Part shown: positions 1 through 9,930 of the stretch, piece by piece
Layout of the letters: every line of letters starts with the position of its first letter
Numbering within the stretch: the stretch's first letter is position 1
Assembly: GCF_006345805.1 (NCBI RefSeq)
Contig: NW_021834570.1
Coordinates: 1-47,869 of the forward strand
DNA: 47,869 nucleotides
Direction: 5' to 3'
From: Octopus sinensis
Taxonomy: Eukaryota
The notes under the pieces: model-generated
Told to the model about the DNA's origin: nothing
Database searches by the model: none
The model's input: the letters and a program-made list of their open reading frames with translations, nothing else
Position numbers and translations under genes: made by a program

Positions 1-175
1 CATGCTGGAGCACTGCCTTTCAGTCAAAGATATCAACCCCAGGACTTATTCTTTGCAAGCCTAGTATTTATTCTATCGTTCTCTTTTGCCAAACTGCTAA
101 GTTACGGGGGACGTAAACACACCAACACCAGTTGTCAAGTGATGGTGGGGGGGTCAAACACAAACATACCCAAAT
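1..175 (-). mobile_element. SINE family A, 3' half (copy split by nested insertions)
   Basis: Matches the 3' half of the full copies, e.g. reverse complement of 9430-9570. Confidence 0.85.
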
Positions 176-207
176 TTACGCACACACACACACACACATG
201 TATATAT

Positions 208-250
<43 letters not shown>

Positions 251-252
251 TA

Positions 253-425
253 TTGGTCTTCCCTTCTCGGATCTTTCCTTCTCCTATGTTTCCGACGAAG
301 AGCTCCGCTCGAAACGTCAAACCCTCCTTCTTCCCTTCTTTCCTGAGCGGCCAATAATACTTTATTTGTTCCACGTCCTTGCGTTGTTGTATTTTGGGTT
401 TTGTTTTCGTGTTTGGATTAACTTT
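253..425 (+). mobile_element. Penelope-like element terminal fragment with hammerhead motif
   Basis: Short unique insert between (TA)n runs containing CCGACGAA-GAGC..GCTC-GAAACGTC; related to 440-646. Confidence 0.6.
288..322 (+). ncRNA. Minimal type I hammerhead ribozyme motif (U4C variant)
   Basis: Stem I gttt/aaac; core CCGACGA+A; stem II GAGC-tcc-GCTC; GAAAC-GTC with palindromic ACGT stem III; predicted cleavage after C318. Confidence 0.6.
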
Positions 426-439
426 ATATATATATATAT

Positions 440-640
440 GAGAACGCCAAGATAGACCGTTAGCTCCTACACGCATTTTTTCTCTCCTTGTTTCTTTTCT
501 GTGTATCTTTCTGTCGAAGAGCGATGGCTCGAAACGTAAAAGACTTGTTCTATTTCTATTCCTGAGCGCCATACTAATACAATTGTTTGTTTGTACTCCA
601 CCTGCCTTCGTCTTTTGTTTATTTTCGTAAACCTTCCCGT

Positions 641-646
<6 letters not shown>
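440..646 (+). mobile_element. Penelope-like element terminal fragment with hammerhead motif
   Basis: Insert between (TA)n runs; shares CGAAGAGC..GCTCGAAACGT and TTCCTGAGCG..TAATAC with 253-425. Confidence 0.6.
506..543 (+). ncRNA. Minimal type I hammerhead ribozyme motif (A6U variant)
   Basis: Stem I tcttt/aaaga; core CTGTCGA+A; stem II GAGC-gatg-GCTC; GAAAC-GTA; predicted cleavage after A538. Confidence 0.55.
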
Positions 647-690
<44 letters not shown>

Positions 691-692
<2 letters not shown>

Positions 693-823
693 TAAACAGT
701 AAAAATAATTACAGACATGGACAAGAACATGAAACACCACAGAGACGACACAAGAACCACAGGACGGGACATTCGAAGCCCTCAGTCATCAGTCAAGAAC
801 CAGATCATCTTAGCAATTTCGGC
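691..823. mobile_element. TA-targeted short repeat family (probable retroelement terminal fragment)
   Basis: Homologous to 13053-13187 and 43303-43440 (ggacgggacattcgaagcc..cagtcaagaacc.gatcatc..gcaatttcggc); each copy is flanked by (TA)n. Confidence 0.6.
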
Positions 824-849
824 ATATATATACATATGTATTTATACAT

Positions 850-986
850 GACAGGCTTCTTTCAGTTTCTGTCTACCAAATCCACTCACAAGGCTTTGGC
901 CAGCTTGAGGCTATAGTAGAAGACACTTGCCCGTGGTGCCATGCAGTGGGACTGAACCTGGAACCATGTGGTTGGTAAGCAAGCTT
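850..986 (-). mobile_element. SINE family A, 5' half (continuation of the copy at 1-175)
   Basis: Reverse complement of the family A head and body (ggttccaggttcagtcccactgcatggcacc..gggcaagtgtcttctactatagc). Confidence 0.85.
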
Positions 987-1039
987 GTAATATTTTGGAA
1001 AATAAGTTTGGCAATTTTCTTGTTGGTCTACATATACCA

Positions 1040-2560
1040 TAGTAGCTAGTACCACCACTGCAACTAGTATTTGTACTACCACCACCACCACCATAACCAC
1101 AACCATTATCTCTACCAACACTACTACCACCACCATAACCACCGTCAGCACTACCACCGCCGCTGTCATCACTATCAGCACCAGAATAAACGCCACTACC
1201 AATACAACCATCTTCACTCACCCATAACCACTTACCACTCCGTAACCCCCATTACCCACTTCTGCCACCATTACCATTAGCTCCCCCCCTCCACCATCAC
1301 CACCATACCCATCTACTCTAAACACATATTAAGTGTTACTGTCCTCCTCTCCTCCTCCTCCTCCTCCTCCTCCTCCTCATAATCATCATTGCCATCTTCA
1401 TCTTCAGCATCATCTCCACCACCACCACCACCACCACCACTGTAGCTGCTCCTACCACCAAAGCTACCACCTCCATCACAAAACACCATTAACACCACCA
1501 CCACCACCACTAGCTCTACGACTTCACCTCTACCACCACCTCAAAAAGAACCACCAAAAAAAACCACCACCACCACCACCACTACCACACCATTGAGGCC
1601 GCTGCCACCACCATCAACACCATCACCACCACCACCGACGTCAAAGCACTGAAGCCGCTATCATCCCCAAAACCACCGTCACCACCACCACCACCATCAC
1701 CACCACCACCACCACCACCACCACCACCACGTCACAGCACCCCCCAAAAAACCCACCACCACCACCACCACCAAAGTCTCAGCACTGAGGCCGCTGCCCT
1801 CTCCCCCCCAAAAAAACAACCACCGTCACCACCACCAACCCTGTGTCGTCACCCACACCGTCAATAACTCATCAACATGTCACCAACATTACCTTTAACC
1901 ACTCGGCTATCATCACCATCACCATCATCATCAACTCATGAACATGTCGCCGCCACCGCTACCATTGCCAGCATCATACAGGGGGTCATTACTACCACCA
2001 CCACAACCACCACCACCACCACCACCACCACCATCATTATCATCATCATCACTACAACATGGTCGTCGGTCACCGGGACCCACAGCACGACCAACACCAC
2101 CACCACCATAACCACCGGCAACTCCGCTGCCGCCTTCACCGCCGCCTTCTCCGCCACCGCCGCCACCACGATCACCTTCAATTGATCAACACGTCTCTGC
2201 CGCCACCACCACCACGTCACGGTCACTACTCACCGACCTCAACTTCGCCGTCACCATAGCACAATCATCAACAGTTATTCCTCACCACCGCCGCCACCGC
2301 TATCGCCCCCACCACCACCACCACCACCACCACCGTCACTATCACCAACACCATCACCGCCACCACCACTACAGCACGCGTCGTCGTCTCCGCTGTGAAC
2401 GCCATCATCACCACCGTCCCTTCCACCACCACCACCACCACCACGACAAAGCAACTATTATCAACACACCCACTCCCGTCACGCTACCAATCACCGTCAC
2501 CGTCTCCGCCTCCGCCACCACAACGACACAGATACTCCCCACCTCCACCATCATCACTAC
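1040..2560. repeat. Imperfect (ACC)n/(ATC)n trinucleotide low-complexity tract
   Basis: Direct inspection; explains the poly-H/T/P/V/G ORFs in the track. Confidence 0.9.
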
Positions 2561-2589
2561 CCTGTAATACCACTTGTTTACTCCCACTA

Positions 2590-2779
2590 CCCTTCCTACG
2601 TCTCCTTCAGACTCTTTTCTTTTTTTTTCTTCCTTCTTACTTTCTGCCTTTCCTGTCTTTCTCGTCCTTACTTTCTTTAACTTTTCTTTCTTTCTTTCTA
2701 CCTCTCTTCCTCCCATTCTTTTCGTCCTTTCTTTTCTTCGGTTTTCTTTCCATTTTTCTCTCCTTATTTCTTCCTCCTA

Positions 2780-2827
<48 letters not shown>

Positions 2828-3046
2828 TCTCTCTCTATCTCTCTCTTTCGCCCTTTTGATCGGAAATTTATTCTCTCCTTTTTTTTCTCGAAAAGAAAAG
2901 CTCTACATTGTATTTTGTCCCTTCTGTGTTCGGCCCTGCGTGGTTAATAAAGTTTATCTATCCCTCTATCTCTCTATCTGTCCGTCTGTCTGTCTATCTA
3001 TCTATATTTATCTATCTATATCTATCTCTCTATCTCTATCTATCTC

Positions 3047-3099
<53 letters not shown>

Positions 3100-3216
3100 T
3101 TATCTCTCTATCTATCTCTATCTATATCTATTTATCTATATCATCCCCTCTCTCTCTCTCTATCTATCTATCTATCTGTCTGTCTCTCTCTATATCTATC
3201 TATTTATCTATATCAT

Positions 3217-3255
<39 letters not shown>

Positions 3256-3500
3256 ATCTATTGCCTATCTGTGTACGTACGTATCTATCCCTTCCTTCCT
3301 TCCATTTCACTTCACTTTCTTCCCACACCACCACCTCACCCGTTCACACCTTATTCTTCCCCTTCCTCCTTCTTCTTCTTTCATCTCCTCCCTTTTCCCC
3401 CCACTTCTTCCTTCTTCTTCTTCTTCCTTCCTTCCATCCTTCCTTCTTCTTTCATTCATCACTTTACAACGTGCGCGCGCTCTCTCTCTCTCTCTCAGCT
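2590..3500. repeat. Polypyrimidine (CT)n/(TCTA)n/(CTT)n tract
   Basis: Direct inspection; almost G-free on the + strand. Confidence 0.9.
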
Positions 3501-3720
3501 TCGCTCGCTTCTCAGCCTCGTTCGTAACACTCCGGCAAAACCCGTCACATTCCGCACGCGCGCGCGAGCCTCCCTCCCTCCTTCACCACCACCACCACCA
3601 CCTCGTTGTTCGACGACCACGACGACCACGACGACGACGACTACGACGAAGACCGCTTCACTCACAGACAACAACCAACAAACTCGAGTCTGGCACATGT
3701 TTGGCATTTAATAATGGCCG
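3465..3720 (+). promoter_or_regulatory. CpG-rich patch about 1 kb upstream of the EXT1 ATG; candidate promoter/TSS region
   Basis: Local CpG clusters (gtgcgcgcgc, cgcacgcgcgcgcgagc, cttcgctcgc) in an otherwise CpG-poor window. Function is inferred from position only. Confidence 0.45.
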
Positions 3721-4362
3721 CTTCTCTGTCGAAGGAGTGAAATCAACATCTCCAAACCTCTCAAAACAGACCAGCTGGACCACAAAAAAAAGGCAATCAC
3801 AGAAAAAAACCAAACAAACCTACAACGATACACACGTACTCCTGTTGTCATATAACCATCACTTCGCTTCTAGCACATATATTACTACTACCACCAAAAG
3901 AGCTGTTGGTATTACTACTATTGTTACCATTATACTATTACCATTTTATTATTATTATTTGCTAAAACTACATTTTACTTCTTGCCATGTGAATCACCAA
4001 AGGATATTTCATATTTTATATACATACACCCCCGAATCAACTTAAGTTCACTTTTGTTTTTCTTTACACTTAAAAAAGCCTGTCACAACTTCTCCCTTAC
4101 ATTTAAAAATTTTTTTCTCCTCCTCCCCTCTTTGCTTTTTGGTCGCCGTTTTATTAATTGCTTGATATAAAATCTAATAATATAATAATAATAATTATAA
4201 TAATTATTGTTATTGTATAGTAATTTATTGGCTAAGTGATAGCAATCATTATTGTTGTTATCGATTAGCACACACACCCACACACACACTCATACACAAA
4301 AAAATTCCCGGCCTTGTGCTTATAAAGGAAAGGATCATTATTAATATTGTTATTATAATTAA

Positions 4363-4393
<31 letters not shown>

Positions 4394-4467
4394 ACTACCT
4401 AAAAGAAATCATTTATCATCATTATTATTGTTGTTGTTGGTTGTCAACGCCGAAACTGGATTACACT

Positions 4468-4687
4468 ATGTCGGATAAGAAAAAAGAGAGTTTTGTGTGA
4501 ACACAAAACACCAACAACAATATCAACAACCTACAGCATATATATAAATATATATATATGTGAAGAAAAAGGAACGAAAGAAGATCGAAAAACAAAATAG
4601 TAACAACAGAATTTTGTTTAAAAATATGAAGGAATGTTGTGGATAAGGATAATTAATCGATGCAGGCCAAAAAGCGCTACTTTATAG
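4468..4687 (+). promoter_or_regulatory. Upstream ORFs in the putative EXT1 5' leader
   Basis: ATG..TGA 4468-4500 (10 aa); ATGTGA 4558-4563; ATG..TAA 4626-4646 (MKECCG); out-of-frame ATG 4634 to TAG 4687 overlapping the main start. Assumes the TSS lies upstream of 4468. Confidence 0.5.
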
Positions 4688-5606
4688 TGACTACATTTGG
4701 AATTGCACTTATTCTCATATTTGGATTTCTCAAGGATCATCATGGCGATATCTCCCTGTTACAAGGGAGAGAAAGTGCTAAGATCCGCTCTTTCATGGAC
4801 GAGGACGATGATAAATTCGACGAAGATTTGCACATATCGGCCAAACAGCGACGGACACACAAGTCCTCGTTGTTCAACAGACCACAGATTAAGGGTAAAT
4901 ACCAACAACATAACAACGCCTTCTTTAATAAAGACTGTCGGATGGGAACATGTTTTAATTTTAGTCGCTGCAAAGTGCATGGATTTCGCGTATACATATA
5001 CCCCGAACTTGAAAGGGTGTCGAGCACTTACAGCAAAATTCTTACTGTCATACGAGAATCTAGGTACTATACGCCGGACCCGGCTAAAGCATGCATATTT
5101 GTGCTATCTATGGACACTTTGGACCGTGATGTTCTAAGCCGGGATTATGTTAAGGACGTACAAGGGAAACTAAACAAACTGGATCTTTGGAATAATGGAC
5201 AGAATCACATCATATTTAACCTTTATTCAGGGACTTGGCCTGACTATGCCGAGGACTTAGGGTTTGATATTGGACAGGCGATGTTGGCCAAAGCTAGTAT
5301 ATCGAGGTCCAATTTTCGAACGGGTTTCGATGTGTCTATTCCGTTATTTGCTAAGGATCACCCCTTGAAAGGTGGAGAGCCTGGATATCTCCATGTTGCG
5401 TCCAACAGTATCCCGTCGACACGACAGTATATTTTATCTTTTAAAGGGAAACGTTATGTCATTGGTATCGGATCTGAGACTCGGAATTCCTTATATCATA
5501 TTCATAATGGTAGGGACATCGTACTGTTTACCACATGTAAACACGGAAAAGACTGGCAGAACTGGAAAGATGCACGTTGCGAAAAGGATAATGCAGAGTT
5601 TGACAG
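4660..5606 (+). CDS. EXT1: Exostosin-1 (heparan sulfate co-polymerase, GT47 domain), first coding exon; partial gene
   Basis: ORF starts MQAKKRYF (as I recall human EXT1 does) followed by a hydrophobic type II anchor. It contains CRMGTCFNFSRC..FRVYIYP, NHIIFNLYSGTWPDY, FKGKRY..GIGSETRNSLYHIHNG and CKHGKDW, all typical of EXT1/ttv. It ends GACAG|GTAAGG: GT donor at 5607, 947 coding nt, phase 2. Confidence 0.97.
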
Positions 5607-7737
5607 GTAAGGCCTTTTTGACTACCTGTGTTTTTTTATTTTGTTTCTACAAATGTTTTTTTTTTAAATCAAAGCCTTTATTCATTTAAACACACAAAGC
5701 AGGTAAAAAATAAAAATGTCTTGCATTGCTATCACGTATATACATACATTTACGGGTAGGTATATATATCTATATATATAGCTACATATATAAACCGATG
5801 TAGTGTATATACACCCCTATAACTAAAAGGTTACTACCATTTAAAAGCTAACATTTAGAAACTTGGAGCTTTCCCCTCAAGGTACCCCGGGTTATTTTAT
5901 TGCTACACATCTCAGAATTTCCAGTAAAATTCTAATGAATGGTTTTTTTCTTCCTCATTTTTCGAAATTCTTCACTTTTTTCATCATTTTCTTGTATTTT
6001 GTCCTGGGTTTTTCATAAAATCTGAATCTGTTTCATGTAACGAAACGAACTCCTTTTACTAATACTTTAATAAATTACTACTGTGGTTGTCAAGGTTTTT
6101 TTTTTTAATTAATTAATTAATTAATCATCTGTTATTTTTGGTTTTATTTCTGTATTATTATCTTGAGTTTTAGCCTGTTTAATATTCTGGAATTTCTATG
6201 TTTACATCTTCGTCAATATTTACATCAGGTGTAAAATATTTTCGACTACCGAACGAAGATAACCTCGTTTACTACTAGACTCAGGGTTTTATGGAAAACA
6301 TGGATTGTGCATCACAGACGGAACGTCGTACAACAACGAAGAAAACATCTTCAGTGAAAATTAACCCAGTAATTTCTGTATGGCAATAATAATGACGGAC
6401 GATATAATAATAATATTATTAATATTAATAATAATTAGTTCAGTAATTATGATCGTCATAGTTTCTATATTTTAGCACACACGTGCAGAATATCATCCTT
6501 TTGTAAGCAATGATAAAACAGAGCTATAATTATTCATATATATACATTTGTATGTTTTACATATGAATTCTATACAAGTAAACATCAAATTTTGTATACC
6601 AAAACACATTTCACTGTAGCAGTACATTATATATATATATATATATATAAATATATATATGTGTGTATATATTTGTATATACGGGTGTATGTGTGTGGCC
6701 AAATATGAATCAGAAATAGGTTCTTAGCTAAAAGGGGGTAGTTAATTATAAAATGATAGTTTTTGTGGCTTTAATTTACTGTTAAACTTTCAATTAATTG
6801 TCGATATTAATTGTTGCCAAAATAAACAACTTGGTATTAATAATTACAGTTCAAAAAATTTCACTGTCGCCGCCTTGTTTTCTATTTTTTTTATTATCCG
6901 CAGTCAATTTACTTGTATTTATTTTACAACTGAGATGAAAGCAAGTGCTTTATTTAATTTCTTACAACATTGTTCTTTGAAATTAATTAAGGAACCCTTC
7001 CTTGCGTTTAAGTAATTGTTTAGTTATTTATAATTATTATTATTATTATTATTATTATTAGATGTTAATTCTTAGATCTTTAATGCGAAATTAACTTTTC
7101 CGGAAAGGGTACATAAATGTTTTTATTTGACCCTTTCTATCAAAAATAAGGACACGAAAAAAGTATGGCTTGCGCTTTGTCTTAAATATATATGTCTATG
7201 TGTCTATATATATATAGATGTCTGTGTGTGTATATATATCTGTATGTCTGTATATATATATATATAATATATATATATACACATACATACATACATATAT
7301 TTCTGGATGTCTCCTCTCTCTAAACGTTCGGCATCTACCCCTGTATTTTAGGGTTAAATTCTTTGGGTGTAAACACTACTCGCTTCTCGTACATGTATAT
7401 AATACGCGGCTACCTTGATCAGTGACTTAGTAGAGAGAAGGGCTTGTGTGTGTATATGTGTTTGTGCATGTGATTTGAGGGAGGTGTGTTCGCTATTTCT
7501 TGCAGGTTGTGTGTAAGCAACCGCGTAGACTTGACTAGAATAGCTTGTCTTGAAAATGTTATCACACGGTCAGTGTGTGTGTGTGTGAGTCAGTGCGTGT
7601 GGACGTAACGAAGGGATGGTCACGCTTGGCTTTCTTTTGATCATAAACCTGGGTGAATAAACAAGTCACTAGTTTCTCACGCACAGGTGATACGCAGTAC
7701 TGCCTACTCTTGAATATATACTATATATACATCACTC

Positions 7738-7739
7738 TC

Positions 7740-7791
<52 letters not shown>

Positions 7792-7800
7792 GCCTGTCTG

Positions 7801-7843
<43 letters not shown>

Positions 7844-7856
7844 ATCTATCTGCCTG

Positions 7857-7887
<31 letters not shown>

Positions 7888-7920
7888 ATCTATCTGCCTG
7901 TCTATCTATCTATCTGTCTA
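7738..7920. repeat. (TCTA)n microsatellite
   Basis: Direct inspection. Confidence 0.95.
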
Positions 7921-9210
7921 CATGTGTGTATGTATATCTTTGTACGCACACACATAAAATGCATACTTCCTACTCAAAAACATACACCACTCACACATAC
8001 ATACATAATACACATTTCTAACGCACATATACACCATGCTCTTTACATTCACACACACACACATGATTCTTCTTACACAGATTAAACACATCATTAACAT
8101 ACACACACATAATACATGTAACACACAAACATACCATTTCATAAAAACACACATACATAACATCTCATATATATAACATCTCTCTCTCCACACACACGCA
8201 CACACATATATATAGCAGTGTACGTACACTTTGCTCACCTATATATATGTGTGTTTGTGTGTAATCATAAGATATACACTTCCTACACAAATATGCATCA
8301 CTGCTATATATATATATATATACATACACACACTTAAATGACACTTATTTTGCACACACATGAAACGTAAATCATTCTTCTATACATACATAAACACACA
8401 CAAACATACTACCTACACAACATACAACACTTCAATATACACACACATATACACAGACACACACACAAACATCCTCTTACCGGAAACTGCTTGCTTTCTG
8501 ACTGATTTTAAAGTGGGGGATTGTATTTTTTTGTGGTCATACAAGAGTCGGTTATTTATATCTTCCTTGCTTCCCCCTATTAAACTGGGATTGCCTTTTT
8601 TTCTTCTTCTCAGCAAGCACCTTATCCCTGTGGTACGTTGCAAACAGACTCTGATTTGGGGTACATTAAACGCTGATTGATTTTAGGCGGGCATCTTACA
8701 GATTCTGGGTTTCTTTACAATTTATCACTCATCATATCTATCTATCTATCTATCTATCTATATATCTATCTATGTGTGTATATATTTGTATGTGTGTGAG
8801 CATATATATATGTATATATATATATATCCTTCATATATACGCTACTTTCGCATTATACTGCCTCTTCATAAACATACTACTCTCTCTCTCACACACACAC
8901 ATATATCTGTATACACGTATGTAAATACACAGACATGAATATATGTCAAAGTGTATGAATTTAACAAATGCATGTACCTACACATGCATGAGTGTATATA
9001 TATATATATATATTATCACATACACACGCGTATATATGCATGTGTGTGTGTATGCGTGTGAGTATATACGTAAAACTCACACAAGCATATCCTTATAATT
9101 TTATACACACACACACTAAGGCCCCATGTAAACACACGGAATAATCCCCGTTAATCGGGTTTCCAATCTCTATTGCACATGTAGATCCCTATATTGTGTT
9201 TATATTTATC

Positions 9211-9600
9211 CAGGAGTGGTTGTGTGGTAAGTAGCTTGCTTACAAACCACATGGTTCCGGGTTCAGTCCCACTGCGTGGCACCTTGGGCAAGTGTCTTCT
9301 ACTATAGCTCCGGGCCGACCAATGCCTTGTGAGTGGATTTGGTAGACGGAAACTGAAAGAAGCCCGTCGTATATATATGTATATATATATGTATGTGTGT
9401 GTGTCTGTGTTTGTCCCCCTAGCATTGCATGACAACCGATGCTGGTGTGTTTATGTCCCCGTCACTTAGCGGTTCGGCAAAAAAGAGACCGATAGAATAA
9501 GTACTGGGCTTACAAAGAATAAGTCCCGGGGTCGAGTTGCTCGACTAAAGGTGGTGCTCCAGCATGGCCGCAATCAAATGACTGAAACAAGTAAAAGAGT
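9211..9600 (+). mobile_element. SINE family A, full-length (tRNA-like head, CORE-like body, internal TA/TG microsatellite, GTAAAAGA tail)
   Basis: A-box-like gtggttgtgtggtaag and B-box-like ggttccgggttcagtccc; body ccttgggcaagtgtc resembles the CORE-SINE domain; more than 15 related copies in the window. Confidence 0.9.
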
Positions 9601-9690
9601 ATGTACCCCCCCCCCAGTACCTCAGGTATTTCCCTACATACATCCATCCATCTCGTTGTCATAACTAGCGTCACCATACTCTCTCTCTCT

Positions 9691-9930
9691 CTGCGCAGGC
9701 GTGGCTGTGTGGTAAGACGTTTGGCTTCCCAGCAACACGTTCCCGGGTTCGTTCCTCCCGTGTGGGTACTTGGGCAAGTGTCTTCTTCTACCATATAACT
9801 CTGGGCCGACCAAGCACTTGTCAGCGGATTATGGTCGACGGAAACGGAAAGATGCCCGTCGTACAAATGCGTATAGCTTACATGCGTGTGAATCTTTGAC
9901 ACCCGTAGTTGGTTTGTTTACGTTCCCGTA
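9691..9930 (+). mobile_element. Diverged SINE A-related copy
   Basis: Same head and body layout (gtggctgtgtggtaag..cttgggcaagtgtcttc..gacggaaac) with many substitutions. Confidence 0.75.

Noticed and set aside
691-823. Hammerhead call for the family at 691, 13053 and 43303 (minus strand CTGA(T/A)GA..TTCGAATGTC)
   Set aside because: It has GAA-T rather than GAAA-C and no stem I pairing, so it is kept only as a TA-targeted repeat.
132-3711. Long ORFs upstream of EXT1 (e.g. 2574-3527, 2908-3711, 1877-2185)
   Set aside because: They are translations of (ACC)n, (CT)n and (TCTA)n tracts with no domain-like content.
5610-5610. Stop codon ending the 316-aa ORF
   Set aside because: The TAA lies inside the GTAAG splice donor; EXT1 continues in downstream exons.
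6292-6390. 32-aa ORF MENMDCASQTERR..
   Set aside because: Short, no homology recognised, no splice context; expected by chance.
9211-9275. tRNA-like sequences at SINE heads (also 15590, 29005, 31460-31513)
   Set aside because: Only A/B-box similarity, no full cloverleaf, and each runs into a SINE body; not tRNA genes.
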